Below are positions 39,038 to 50,184 of a DNA stretch of 64,000 bases, piece by piece. Each line of letters starts with the position of its first letter. Position 1 is the stretch's first letter. The position numbers were made by a program, and so were the translations under genes. The notes beneath the pieces were generated by a model, which searched no databases, was not told where the DNA came from, and saw only the letters and a list, made by a program, of their open reading frames with translations. Source of the DNA: a virus; the IMG/VR virus record IMGVR_UViG_3300032050_000024, positions 66,640 through 130,639 of that record; one strand, 5' to 3'.

Positions 39038-42000
39038 TTATACCAAAACAAAACTTCCTTGTTCTCCATTGTTTTGATATATCAATTGATTCGGATTTGC
39101 TGTTCTCCATTCTACTACCGGACCACCATCAATGGTTTGTGTTGATGCAATATTAAATCCTGGAGATGTAAGTTTTGCGCCCGAATAACGATGATTTTCT
39201 ATACCGGTAGGTAAATAATCTTGAATTTCTTGTAATATATAACCGGATTTAGTTATATATGTTGGAATGTCGACACCTATATTATTTATCGTATTAATTT
39301 GATAAAATACTAAATTAATATTATCAACTCCATTTGTAACTATAACACGTTGATTAATAAATTCATTTATCTCATCAGATGTTGCAATTCTAGTTAAAGT
39401 ACACTTTGTACTTAAAGATCCAACGGCAGTAACTTCATAAAGTCCATTACTAATATATTCATGCGGTCCATCTGCGGTTGTAGTTGAAATATGGCCATCC
39501 TTAATTAAAACATATGCACCCGAAAACAAGCTTGTTCCATCAATTGAATTTCCTGCACCATTAACATTTTTTCGTAAAAATGCCCCAACTCCATCTACTC
39601 CATTATTATATGTAAAATTAACTAATGGGTCAACAGTAGCTAAATCTATAATAAATTCCGTATACGTTTTTCCAGGAATACGATTTGTTTTAAATTCTGA
39701 CAATATGCTACTCGTAATTGCAGGACATACCCCTTCACTTCTCCAATAAGGAGTAGATGCAGTAATATAGGTACTTCCAGATTTAATTAAATATTCATAT
39801 GAATATGTTGTACCATCATATTTTTCAGATTGAGATGCTGTTAAATACATTTGCCATTGATCATCATCTTGTGCTGATATATTTAATATATCTCCATCTA
39901 CAGAGCCTAAATATTGTAAATAATCTCCACTAGCAGTTGGATGAGTTTCTTCAATTATTGCATAATAAGTAGAATCAAATCGTTTAATTTTAGGAAGTAT
40001 AATATCTTTACTTCGCTCTAACACATTTGGTTGAATTAATATACCAGTAAGTTTATCAGCACGTGCTGGCAATAATTGTTCCAATTGTTTAAAGAATGAT
40101 AAATCAAACAAGGTAAATATTTTAATATATGCATTTATATCATTTCTTTCTGCATATTTTTTCCAATATCCTTGTGCTGCTTGTATCAATCTAGGATAAT
40201 CTTTTGCTTCCGTTTCTCCCGGATCTCCAATATATTGATCTAAATCCGTAAAACCTAGTTGAGCAATGATATCTTCATCAATCATTGTTTGTGGAGAAAA
40301 ATATACTCCTAATTTTTTACTGTCTAATGGAGCTCGATCAAACTGACTTCGTTCTGCTCTAGTTTTAACATCTAAATTTCCAACTAATTCATTTGATTCA
40401 ATTCGTATTTTATTATCATCATATGTGCCAGCACCTAATGATATTGCATCATAATAATATGTTTCTTCAATTGAATCATATGGTGTATTTACGGACCAGC
40501 CCGTAAATGAAGCAGATATACTTGATGAAACCGGTTGAACTCCAGGCAAACTACCCGTTAATGAATGATCTATTTTTTGCGTAAGCGGTAATCTAAATAA
40601 CAATTCATCATATGCATCTACATTACCATTATAAGCTGCCGGCGCTTTAACATGATTATCAAATGCAGAATCTTGCAAACTAGAAGACCATAATCGTAAT
40701 TCTTGAAGTTGACCAACAAATCTGCTACCGCCAGTTGCACCTCCCAATGTAATAGTTCCAGGTGAAGAAAAAGAAGCAGTTGCAGATGCAGAAACTGCAG
40801 CAACAATTTTACCATATTTAGATTTTTTAGTAATTAAATCTAAATTAGTTCCATTTGTTCTTAGTACTGTTGTAAGCCATTCATCATTGTATATTTCAAT
40901 TGCAGCGGAACTAGTACCATTAATTTGCATAGTACCTTTATTACCGCTAGTAAAATCGATTGTTACTGCGTTTGAACCTATTGTAAACAAGTTCATTGTA
41001 TTAGGTATAAATGGATTTGCTACAATATCATCTGTTCGGAAACGCAGTTCAACTGCATTAATAGGTGTATTATAATTTACTGTAACTGTACCTGCAGCAC
41101 TGCCGCTTAAATCTAATGCATAATCAAAATTTAATTTTTCATATACAGGAGCTCTTTCTAATCTAGGGCCTCCATATTCATTGATTGATATCATTGATTG
41201 AGGAATACCATAACATGATAATAATGCTTGAACACTACGTTTTGTACCTTTAGATTTTAAAAGAAGTGGTAAATTATTAACAATACGCCTCCATATTGCA
41301 TATGTTCTATCTTTTGCCGAAAGCGATGTTCCATTAACAGAATTAGACCCAGTAGTAGGGATTCCTGATTCATCTGTCCCTAATACATATGACCATAATT
41401 CTTGTTGTTGATTGCCATCAATTAAATTCCATCCAAATTGTTTAGCAACTGAATATAACAACTCATTAGGCATACCAAGTTTAGGATTTTCTTCTCTTGT
41501 TAATGTTTGAGACATATGATTAATATATGTATATAAAATATCATAATGATGTCCTAACATGTTAGCAAATGTAATAATCGATGCATTTGATTCGTTAGTT
41601 CGTATAAATTCTGGAATCGTATATGCTAAAGATTTTACATTTAATGAATCATATAAAGATGCAGAATCAAAAACATTGTTATACCAAGTTGTAAATTGAC
41701 TACTAGTTATTGAATATAAAGTATATGGTATTGTTAAATTAGATTTAGGGACTGGTTGAATATAACTACCTGTTACGGTATTTATATTAGATGTAACTGC
41801 TGGGATTTCATATGTAGTTATTTTCGAAGAAGATTCATAATATAAATATTTTTCAAATTCATCAAATCCGCTAATTAAATTAGTTTTTTGTTGCTCAAAA
41901 TCAATCTGATTAGTTGTTGCAACTGATCCAGATACTTGAGATATAACAAGACTTTGAGATGTATAATATTCAATTAATTCTAATTTATATTTAAAATTTT

Positions 42001-42949
42001 CTAAACGTTCTGTGGCTGAACTATAAAAAATAAAATTATTAAAATCAGAATAATCAATATTTAATTTAACACCTGATAAACTACCAGAAAAATATGCATC
42101 AACAATTTGTTGAGATGTTTGTGTTGATGATCCTAGCAAATCCGTCCATGTTTTAAATCCAGTTTCAGAAGAAATATTAGTTATAGATGTTGCTTGCCAA
42201 TTTGGATTTGCTAAACGATTAAATTGTCGTTCTGGAGTTGAAGTTGAAATTGAAACGCGATCAATAAATGTATCTTTTTGTTCTTCAACTATCCAACATT
42301 TGAAATTTATATCAATATTTGCAGACAGTGGTTCATCTAATTTGACGTATAAATATTCTCCAATTACAACGCTGTTAACAAATAAAACACAATTGTTTCT
42401 ACTAAAATTTAGTAAATAATTTTTATAATACGTATCGTTTGTTTGTTTAACGTTTTGTGCATATGATGTAATTTGCGTTAAAAATTGTGGATTATCTGCA
42501 TCAATTGCACGTAATCTTATTTCTGTGCGATCTGAAGAAATTTCGTCAATTCTTAAATGTTGTAATTCATAACTACCAATTAAATTTTTAAAGAAATTAA
42601 CAGCAATTCTAAATGTTCCAGCTGTTAATTTTAAATTATCAAATTCTTTATAAATATCAATTGCTATAGGCTGTACCGGAAATTTAATTAATTCATTAGT
42701 TTGTTTATTGCGATATTCCGGAATTTTAGTTTGTAATTGTACACGATGATTGCCAGTAATCCAAGTATCTCCAGCATATACATGTAATTCAACACGTTGA
42801 TCATCTGTTTGTTTGTTTATTTCAGTATTAAAATAAATTACATCATCATCGAAACTAACAAATTCAGTTTTACTTCTAGAAAGTCGTTCTGCAGATAATG
42901 AACCAGACGCTGTTTGTATTTGATTGATATTTTTATATTGCGTTAACAT
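39038..42949 (-). CDS. Large baseplate wedge protein (T4 gp7-like) with LamG-like region
   Basis: 1303 aa; LLKSKGTKRSVQALLSCYG motif; GQLQELRLW; baseplate context. Confidence 0.65.
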   Translation of the reverse strand: MLTQYKNINQIQTASGSLSAERLSRSKTEFVSFDDDVIYFNTEINKQTDDQRVELHVYAGDTWITGNHRVQLQTKIPEYRNKQTNELIKFPVQPIAIDIYKEFDNLKLTAGTFRIAVNFFKNLIGSYELQHLRIDEISSDRTEIRLRAIDADNPQFLTQITSYAQNVKQTNDTYYKNYLLNFSRNNCVLFVNSVVIGEYLYVKLDEPLSANIDINFKCWIVEEQKDTFIDRVSISTSTPERQFNRLANPNWQATSITNISSETGFKTWTDLLGSSTQTSQQIVDAYFSGSLSGVKLNIDYSDFNNFIFYSSATERLENFKYKLELIEYYTSQSLVISQVSGSVATTNQIDFEQQKTNLISGFDEFEKYLYYESSSKITTYEIPAVTSNINTVTGSYIQPVPKSNLTIPYTLYSITSSQFTTWYNNVFDSASLYDSLNVKSLAYTIPEFIRTNESNASIITFANMLGHHYDILYTYINHMSQTLTREENPKLGMPNELLYSVAKQFGWNLIDGNQQQELWSYVLGTDESGIPTTGSNSVNGTSLSAKDRTYAIWRRIVNNLPLLLKSKGTKRSVQALLSCYGIPQSMISINEYGGPRLERAPVYEKLNFDYALDLSGSAAGTVTVNYNTPINAVELRFRTDDIVANPFIPNTMNLFTIGSNAVTIDFTSGNKGTMQINGTSSAAIEIYNDEWLTTVLRTNGTNLDLITKKSKYGKIVAAVSASATASFSSPGTITLGGATGGSRFVGQLQELRLWSSSLQDSAFDNHVKAPAAYNGNVDAYDELLFRLPLTQKIDHSLTGSLPGVQPVSSSISASFTGWSVNTPYDSIEETYYYDAISLGAGTYDDNKIRIESNELVGNLDVKTRAERSQFDRAPLDSKKLGVYFSPQTMIDEDIIAQLGFTDLDQYIGDPGETEAKDYPRLIQAAQGYWKKYAERNDINAYIKIFTLFDLSFFKQLEQLLPARADKLTGILIQPNVLERSKDIILPKIKRFDSTYYAIIEETHPTASGDYLQYLGSVDGDILNISAQDDDQWQMYLTASQSEKYDGTTYSYEYLIKSGSTYITASTPYWRSEGVCPAITSSILSEFKTNRIPGKTYTEFIIDLATVDPLVNFTYNNGVDGVGAFLRKNVNGAGNSIDGTSLFSGAYVLIKDGHISTTTADGPHEYISNGLYEVTAVGSLSTKCTLTRIATSDEINEFINQRVIVTNGVDNINLVFYQINTINNIGVDIPTYITKSGYILQEIQDYLPTGIENHRYSGAKLTSPGFNIASTQTIDGGPVVEWRTANPNQLIYQNNGEQGSFVLV

Positions 42950-43846
42950 TTATATTTCTTCATTCCATTCATTTACATTCTTACTAGCATCTGTTATTGA
43001 CCAATATGATTGTATAGCACTAATAGTATGATCTGATTGTGCAGCTTTAGCTCCTATACTAAAATAATCTCCAATATTAAATTCTGAATTCAATATTGTT
43101 ATGTCAATAGTTAAGTTTTGTCGTTCATTATCGCCAGCATCTAATTTTTTTATATAACCATAACCATCATTATTTTCATTGTTAGGTAGTTGATTTAATA
43201 ATGTTTTATAATTAGTTACATTTGCAAACGTTTTAAATTCTCGATTTAATCCCGTTGTTGGCGAATTTTTAATTATACTAAAATATGCAACTCCAAATAA
43301 TTCTTCACCTTGATAAACATGTTGTATGTTAAATCTAAAACGAAGATCTTTTCCTGAATTTTTAATTTCTTTAGTTATTTGATATGTATTTACAGCTTTT
43401 TGCGAAACTCCATCTTCAACAAAATCCATTAAAATTCCAGAATATGCAGTACCAATTATTATTTCTCGATTTTCAGTAGGACGATATCTAGCATAAATAA
43501 TATCTTGTTCTTGTTCTTCAACTAATGTATCTAATTCCGGTAATGTTAAATCGACTTCAACATCTGGAGAATCGATAACGCGCGTTGTTGCCGGAAATTT
43601 AAAATATTGAAATCTAGTATCTAAAACTTTTAAAACTGAATTTAGATTGATTTTAGTTGCAACTGGTTCAATAATAAGCAATGGATTTGTTCCGGAATTC
43701 GTTTCTATAGAAATATTTCCTGCATCATCGCGAGGTATAATGTTTATATCATTTGAAGTTACGGTTAGTTTACCTTGATACTTCAAAGCCTGTTGTATCT
43801 TAATTGGATCTAATAATCGTTCTACATTTATTCTCGATAACGCCAT
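42950..43846 (-). CDS. Hypothetical structural protein
   Basis: 298 aa ORF in the baseplate operon. Confidence 0.6.
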   Translation of the reverse strand: MALSRINVERLLDPIKIQQALKYQGKLTVTSNDINIIPRDDAGNISIETNSGTNPLLIIEPVATKINLNSVLKVLDTRFQYFKFPATTRVIDSPDVEVDLTLPELDTLVEEQEQDIIYARYRPTENREIIIGTAYSGILMDFVEDGVSQKAVNTYQITKEIKNSGKDLRFRFNIQHVYQGEELFGVAYFSIIKNSPTTGLNREFKTFANVTNYKTLLNQLPNNENNDGYGYIKKLDAGDNERQNLTIDITILNSEFNIGDYFSIGAKAAQSDHTISAIQSYWSITDASKNVNEWNEEI

Positions 43847-44982
43847 TATCTAACTACTTTAAAATATACATCGTCGTCTATATACTGTTCCGTAAATCCA
43901 TCTTTAATTTTGAATTGTAAACGATAATATCGTTCTGGCATAAAACCATTCATATCAATGTAGATGAAATTACTAGTATTATCACAACTTACTTTAGTAT
44001 AAATATCATCGTACGGAATTATGGTCTCATCTGTAGCAGCATCAAGTACTGTATAATATGTAGTAGCCGGTAATCGTTTTACAGTTTGCGTTGGAAATAA
44101 ATTTGTAGGTGATTTTTGTGGATATTTATCACGCGTATATATTCGCATTTTAATAATTTCTGTATCTTTATATTCAGGTTTTAATTTAGTATATACTGTG
44201 TAAGATTCTAAATTTGTAGCAGATAGTGAAGATGAATATGCAGTATCATCCCATTGCATAATTAGTTTAGGAATATATATAGTATGAGTTTCTTTACTAA
44301 AAAATTGTATATATCCGGTGATTGTAGAATCTAATTCATCTGCATCTGAAAATTTTAGAATAAAACCGTTATTATCAATCGATTGACTGTTACTTCCACT
44401 GATCCATTTTAATATCGAGTCAGATACGTTTAATATTAAATCAGTTGTTTGATATGAAAAATCATATGAACTAGAAAATGATGTACTTCCTGTACTATAC
44501 AACCAACTTCCGCCGGCACCTGATCCTGAAACACGTATTCCAGATGAACCTCCTAATTCTATTAATTGCGAACTAGAAATCCAAAGCGATCCGGACTGCG
44601 AATCTAGTGACCACGATGTTAATGGTTTTGCCCACTGTACGCCGTCAGATATTATAGGATTTGATGATAAATAACCCGTACCATTAATCCACGGCTGTGC
44701 AACTAGTTTAGATTCTAAAGTAAATTGCGCCGGAAGATTTTTTGCAAAACATGTATATAATTGTAATGTAAATTTACATGAATTTACATTTATACCATAT
44801 CTTGAAACAACATCAGTAATTTCAGATGTATCAAATTTAATTAATACTCGCGATTTTTGTAACGTTTCTCCATCTGTGCCTAAACGTTTTCCAATTTCTA
44901 AAATTTCATCTAAACCAGTATTTGTAGTTTCTACACTTTCAAAAACAGTAGCATCAGCTTCAGGATAAAATATTCTAAACAT
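43846..44982 (-). CDS. Structural protein (DNRLRE-like domain possible)
   Basis: ADATV...NTGLDEILEIG...SRVLIKFD...NNGFILK...FFSKE...PKLIMQW pattern. Confidence 0.6.
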   Translation of the reverse strand: MFRIFYPEADATVFESVETTNTGLDEILEIGKRLGTDGETLQKSRVLIKFDTSEITDVVSRYGINVNSCKFTLQLYTCFAKNLPAQFTLESKLVAQPWINGTGYLSSNPIISDGVQWAKPLTSWSLDSQSGSLWISSSQLIELGGSSGIRVSGSGAGGSWLYSTGSTSFSSSYDFSYQTTDLILNVSDSILKWISGSNSQSIDNNGFILKFSDADELDSTITGYIQFFSKETHTIYIPKLIMQWDDTAYSSSLSATNLESYTVYTKLKPEYKDTEIIKMRIYTRDKYPQKSPTNLFPTQTVKRLPATTYYTVLDAATDETIIPYDDIYTKVSCDNTSNFIYIDMNGFMPERYYRLQFKIKDGFTEQYIDDDVYFKVVR

Positions 44983-45011
44983 ACTATACTTTTAGTATAA
45001 ATATACGCGGA

Positions 45012-46892
45012 TTAATAACTTACTACTCGTCCGCGTATGTCTTGATTAGGAAAACGCAATTCAAATATGCTAGGATCTAATGAAGGATAAACTACTCCGT
45101 TACGAGTTGCAGTTTGTAAATCATATATATTTCCAGAATAACCAAAATCAGTATCATATAAATTTAACAATTTAACTCCTACAACACTTTGTACACCTTT
45201 AATATTAGCTAATGTTGTAGTAATATCTGATTTAATTATTGGTTGATTTATTTGCCATCTAGCAATATCAAAAAACGTTTGTATTTCATTAACACATTTC
45301 AATAAAATTTCATTGCTATTATAATTAGGAAGCACTGAAATTTCAAAATCTATACCTATATTAATAATAAATGCATCTTTAATATTAATAGCATCCGTTA
45401 AAATGCGATAATATCCTAAATACGTTTTTAAATTTTCTTTTATTGCTTGATTAAGTTGAGTTAATTGTTTAGATTCGTTATATCCTAATACATACATGTT
45501 CATTGCCAATGGATTCGCAATACGATTTTGTTCATATGATTCCTGAGAAATTTGATCATCTGGCACGATATATGCTTTTGCAATACTACCAAAACGAGCA
45601 GGCATCGAATATGCTCGTATAATATAATCTTCTCTAGTTACTAATCTGTTTTGCGTTGCAAATGATGCTAATGCATTATTTTTTATATCAAGTGTAGTAT
45701 CACTAGACTTACCACCAGAAGCAGGTATTGGATTGTTAACTGCTACTGTGTTTTTTACAAAATTTAATAATCCTGTGTTTACTGCCGAATTAATGTCATT
45801 ATGATAATCAATGCTACTAATAGTTGTAAGTACATTGGCTACTACATTATCTGCAAGTCCATTTGCAATTGCATATGTTACGGTTAATGTTGTATTAGCA
45901 GGAGCTTGTCCATATGTTCTAGTATAAAGAAAATTAGATGGATCTATATCAACATCAACAGATCTACGTATATTTACTAAACCATTCCCAACATTGTCAG
46001 GGTTTGGTAATACTTCTTCGTCATTATTATCTGATATGCCAGAACCAAATTGTAATTCTAATTTATTATCTGCACGTAATTTTGTAATAAAACGTTTAGC
46101 TGTTTTACGTAGTTTTAATAAATCTGGTGCAGATGAACGATATGCAGATAATTCTGGATCATTTTCTACTAAATTTGGTACTGATTCGAATATTGTATCT
46201 TGTGCTAAATATGGAACTTCATACCAATTATCACCATCCGATTCTTCTACAGAAACAATTTCTACAATGTTAGTATCATTTAAAACTATTTTATCATATG
46301 GAACAGGTGTTGCAAATGTAAATGATTGTGTACGCAATTCTCCGGATATTGCTTTTATTTTTTTCTTAAGAAGATAATAAGTTGGTAATTTTGTAGCAGA
46401 ATCAACTTCATATATCGTTACTTCGGTTGGATCAAACGAAGATGAAAACATAAAGTTAATTGAATCTAAAGTTCTAAATGATGCTTGTCCATTTGTTTGT
46501 TTTACAACCATACCAGGTTTAATTGTTAATGCATAATTAAAATCAGGACGTACATTAACACCAGTGCCAATTGCTGGCACTAAATGATAAACATCTAATT
46601 CTACAGTAGCAGGAACAATATTATTTGGTTTATATCCTAAAGATCTAGCAATATCGTATATATTTTCTCGTTCAGATGCATATTGTAAAAATGATTCTTT
46701 TAAATTAGTATCCGCATGAAAACTAAGAACATCTCCAACATACGCTGCCATTTCAATGAATAAACTACCTGGAGACGCCGTATCAAAATCAGTATAAGTA
46801 TTAGGAAAATATTGTTTTGCAAAATCTATTAAATTAGCTTTAAATTGACTAAAATCTTTAGATAGATATGATATGTCTTTTTTTGTTTCCAT
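45012..46892 (-). CDS. Baseplate wedge subunit (T4 gp6 / baseplate J-like)
   Basis: KDFSQFKANL, FIEMAAYVGDVLSF, ARSLGYKP, LQFGSG, QNRLVTREDY motifs. Confidence 0.88.
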   Translation of the reverse strand: METKKDISYLSKDFSQFKANLIDFAKQYFPNTYTDFDTASPGSLFIEMAAYVGDVLSFHADTNLKESFLQYASERENIYDIARSLGYKPNNIVPATVELDVYHLVPAIGTGVNVRPDFNYALTIKPGMVVKQTNGQASFRTLDSINFMFSSSFDPTEVTIYEVDSATKLPTYYLLKKKIKAISGELRTQSFTFATPVPYDKIVLNDTNIVEIVSVEESDGDNWYEVPYLAQDTIFESVPNLVENDPELSAYRSSAPDLLKLRKTAKRFITKLRADNKLELQFGSGISDNNDEEVLPNPDNVGNGLVNIRRSVDVDIDPSNFLYTRTYGQAPANTTLTVTYAIANGLADNVVANVLTTISSIDYHNDINSAVNTGLLNFVKNTVAVNNPIPASGGKSSDTTLDIKNNALASFATQNRLVTREDYIIRAYSMPARFGSIAKAYIVPDDQISQESYEQNRIANPLAMNMYVLGYNESKQLTQLNQAIKENLKTYLGYYRILTDAINIKDAFIINIGIDFEISVLPNYNSNEILLKCVNEIQTFFDIARWQINQPIIKSDITTTLANIKGVQSVVGVKLLNLYDTDFGYSGNIYDLQTATRNGVVYPSLDPSIFELRFPNQDIRGRVVSY

Positions 46893-46897
46893 AGCGT

Positions 46898-47347
46898 TTA
46901 AGGATTAGTTGTTATGTTTCCATTGTTAACATTAATTCCGATAGTTTGAGTAGTACCGGTTACATCATCTATAGAAAATACTATTTCAATTTCTATTTCA
47001 TTTTCTAAATCCGGATTATCTTCGTTAGTAGTTATAATGATATCTAATATATTAATATACGGTAACCAGTATTGAATTGGAGCTGTTATTAAAATTCGTA
47101 TTTGATCTTTTAAAATATTCAAATTTGGTTGAAATAATATTGTCAACAAATCACATCCGAATGTTGGCAATCCAAAACGTTCACCAACTCTAGTTAAAAG
47201 CAAATTTTTTAAATTTTGTAAAGCTTGTTCTCTGTCAGTTGTAATAGACAAAAATAGTTGATCTTGTGTAAAATCTACACCTACTCCTAATGGAGTATTA
47301 TCAACACCTGTTTGTGTAAAATTATTATCTACTAATACATATGGCAT
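46898..47347 (-). CDS. Baseplate wedge/sheath initiator (T4 gp25-like)
   Basis: NLKNLLLTRVGER...PTFGCDL...WLPYINI. Confidence 0.88.
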   Translation of the reverse strand: MPYVLVDNNFTQTGVDNTPLGVGVDFTQDQLFLSITTDREQALQNLKNLLLTRVGERFGLPTFGCDLLTILFQPNLNILKDQIRILITAPIQYWLPYINILDIIITTNEDNPDLENEIEIEIVFSIDDVTGTTQTIGINVNNGNITTNP

Positions 47348-47349
47348 TT

Positions 47350-47835
47350 TTATCTACCTTTCTTTTTATCTATTGCTTTCATTAAAGCAGAATAATCACG
47401 AGTCATTGCTTTTGCAATAACTGGATCTACTTCAAACGTTTTTCCAGTTTCTGGATCATTCATTACTTGTGGTGCAGCGGGCTGTTGTCCTTTTCGCAAC
47501 ATTCCAAATCCTGCAGCATCTGCAGATGTAAATGATAAATCTTGATAGTTTTCATTCATCATTTCAGAAAAACTAGAAATCGATGGTGATGCTTCTTTAA
47601 GTGATGTTGTTTCATTTAAAATATCAGCAAATCCAGTTCTTTGAAATTGTACTTTGTTTTTAACTGGCGGTTCTGTTATTGGTTTAGAAACAGTACGTTG
47701 TTTTCCAATATTCGATGTAGACTTCATTTCTGTAATAGTAGATTGTAACCCTTCGCGAAGAATTTCAGTTAATTCTTCTTTAATAACATCACGTACGGCT
47801 ATTTTTAGTGCTTTTATTAATGTTTTTGAATCCAT
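47350..47835 (-). CDS. Hypothetical protein
   Basis: 161 aa; ATATTTAT upstream; several L/I-x-E sites; ends RDYSALMKAIDKKK. Confidence 0.7.
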   Translation of the reverse strand: MDSKTLIKALKIAVRDVIKEELTEILREGLQSTITEMKSTSNIGKQRTVSKPITEPPVKNKVQFQRTGFADILNETTSLKEASPSISSFSEMMNENYQDLSFTSADAAGFGMLRKGQQPAAPQVMNDPETGKTFEVDPVIAKAMTRDYSALMKAIDKKKGR

Positions 47836-47876
47836 ATGATAACTTTATTAATAAATATAAAAGAATGTAAAATTGA

Positions 47877-48695
47877 TTAAATATCTATACCATTACCCCA
47901 ACCTAAATTAGTTTTAGGGCCATAAATTTTTTGATTAATAGTATCTATATAATAATCATCAATATCTCCAGTATCAATAGATGGTGCTATATTACCATTT
48001 AAAATTTTACTAGGAGCTTCTTTAAGATTTTGTAATATATTGAGTTGTTGTTCTAACAAATTATCAATAATATCGATTCTATTTTGTATATCGTCATCAG
48101 AAACATTTAATTCTGTATAAAAACGTGTAGGTGCAATTGCATCATAATTTATATTTCTATTAAGTTCATCTAACTCATTAGAAATATCTATAGTAACTAC
48201 AAATGTTTCAGTATTACAAATTGATGTTAATTTATCTAATCCTACTGCTAATGTTTTATTAATCATATCTAAACGAATATTAATAGTAGATATTAATCCT
48301 TGCAAAGAATTAGTAGATGACTTTGCATTAGTTCCTAAATTATCAAAAGTATTTATTAATTCAGTTACAGGCCCCATTGAAACTCCAGGAACAGCTGGAA
48401 TCGCTAATTGTATAGATTTTAATGTAGTTGCAACGGTTGAAATTGTAGTTATAACAGGTGTAATGTTATTAATTGAGTTAAGGCCTTGTTTAATTGAAGT
48501 AATTGAATCGTATATTTTTTGTAATTCTTGTTTTAGTTGTTTTATTTGCGGATCTGAACATTTTACTTTGGAATTAAGCTGCATAATTTGATCTGTAAAT
48601 TTAGATGCATTTTTTGAAAGTTGTTCAGATTGTTTCATTAACAACGGAATTATTCGTTGAATCAAATTTGACGGTATTGTTGCTCCTATTGCCAT
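47877..48695 (-). CDS. Hypothetical helical protein
   Basis: 272 aa; C-terminal GD..DYYIDT...IYGPKT..GWG motif. Confidence 0.65.
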   Translation of the reverse strand: MAIGATIPSNLIQRIIPLLMKQSEQLSKNASKFTDQIMQLNSKVKCSDPQIKQLKQELQKIYDSITSIKQGLNSINNITPVITTISTVATTLKSIQLAIPAVPGVSMGPVTELINTFDNLGTNAKSSTNSLQGLISTINIRLDMINKTLAVGLDKLTSICNTETFVVTIDISNELDELNRNINYDAIAPTRFYTELNVSDDDIQNRIDIIDNLLEQQLNILQNLKEAPSKILNGNIAPSIDTGDIDDYYIDTINQKIYGPKTNLGWGNGIDI

Positions 48696-49717
48696 TATGC
48701 TTTGTATTTATCAACCATTACGTTGTAATTTTTAATTCGTTTTAACAATAAAGATGCATCTGCTAAACCTTGATAAATAGGTGTTGAAATTTTACCACCA
48801 GCGTCAACAAATCCTATATTACACACATCGATTAATTTTTGTAAAAGTTCGACAACTGCTTCAGTATGTAATAACGGTTCTTTATTTTTCGAAGAACCTA
48901 AATAAATTTTAGGAGAATTAATTTCAATACCTGTTTGTGAATCTAGTATAATATGATCTGATTTTGATTTTAATGTAATACGATCTGCTGTACCAATTAA
49001 TTGTGATTTTGAATACTCTGAAGGTGATATTGCTTGATATAATTCATTATTCAACGTAAAATTAGGAAGTTGTTGTGTAGATGTTAAATAAATAGATGCC
49101 GGATCGGTTTGTATGTCTTCAACATCGAATGATTTATCTGTTTTTGGTTTTTGTCCGTTTGAAATTATAATGATCGGATCACCTACGATATCACCTTTCC
49201 AATTTGGACGTAACATATTTCCAGAATAGTTTGCAGTGCTACCTAAACGTATTGTATTGCCCCAACGCCCTTGATAAATCATATCACCTTGATACGGTTG
49301 TAAAGATGATACTGATTTTAAAAATTCAGATTTAGGTAAAATATTTTCTATGTCATTTGTTGTTATAGCATCTCGATATGATATTCCTGGAACTATATTA
49401 GTATTGATATCTGATTGTATAGAGTATGGTTGAAAATAATACCATTGAATCCCGGTGTTTGTTAAAGTTGTTTCTTGATTATATGCTCTAAATATCAAAA
49501 CATGTTCTCCTAGTAATGGAATTTGAACATTGTTTATATTAAAAGGTCGAGCTGTACGTATATCTCGTTTTCTAGTAAATCGATTAACAGTTTGAACTTG
49601 TATAGAAAACAATTGACTTGAATTACCATTTCTAGTGTCATTTGGTTCAATGTATTCTAATGTTCCATTGATTCCAATAACTTCTGCTAATTCAAATTTA
49701 ACTAGACCATCATTCAT
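48695..49717 (-). CDS. Baseplate hub/spike protein (T4 gp5-like, no lysozyme domain seen)
   Basis: IPLLGEHVLI OB-type motif, GDMIYQGRWGNTIRLGS, beta-repeat C-terminus INSPKIYLG. Confidence 0.6.
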   Translation of the reverse strand: MNDGLVKFELAEVIGINGTLEYIEPNDTRNGNSSQLFSIQVQTVNRFTRKRDIRTARPFNINNVQIPLLGEHVLIFRAYNQETTLTNTGIQWYYFQPYSIQSDINTNIVPGISYRDAITTNDIENILPKSEFLKSVSSLQPYQGDMIYQGRWGNTIRLGSTANYSGNMLRPNWKGDIVGDPIIIISNGQKPKTDKSFDVEDIQTDPASIYLTSTQQLPNFTLNNELYQAISPSEYSKSQLIGTADRITLKSKSDHIILDSQTGIEINSPKIYLGSSKNKEPLLHTEAVVELLQKLIDVCNIGFVDAGGKISTPIYQGLADASLLLKRIKNYNVMVDKYKA

Positions 49718-50157
49718 GAATCAGTACCTTCTTGCATTTTATTTCTTGCATCTTGTATTCGTCGTTCAATGTGTTGTTGTTTAGAATCCATGGACCGTAA
49801 ATCTTCAATTTCATCATTTAATTCTGTTTCTAATGTTGATTCTGCTATTTTAAGTAATTGCTGTTTTTCTTCATCCGATAATAACGAATCTGCGCCAGCA
49901 ATTGTTTGCTTAGTAGAAATATATCGCTGAACGATAGCAGTTAATTTTACAAGATGATCATCATTTTTAACGGCAACGTCTAAGTATTCTTTAATCAATG
50001 GAACTATGATTGTTGCATCTGATGCATTTCGTATCAAAGGTTGTAATTGGGCAATGAGTTGAGTAATTTGTCGATCTTTCTTTTTGCTGTTATGATAGAC
50101 ATCAGACATTAAATCTGCAAATGTAGTACCCTTAAATAGTTCTTCGTTTTTATCCAT
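49714..50157 (-). CDS. Hypothetical protein
   Basis: 147 aa helical ORF; ATATTTAT upstream. Confidence 0.7.
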   Translation of the reverse strand: MDKNEELFKGTTFADLMSDVYHNSKKKDRQITQLIAQLQPLIRNASDATIIVPLIKEYLDVAVKNDDHLVKLTAIVQRYISTKQTIAGADSLLSDEEKQQLLKIAESTLETELNDEIEDLRSMDSKQQHIERRIQDARNKMQEGTDS

Positions 50158-50184
50158 TTTATAACATTTATATAAAAATAAATA

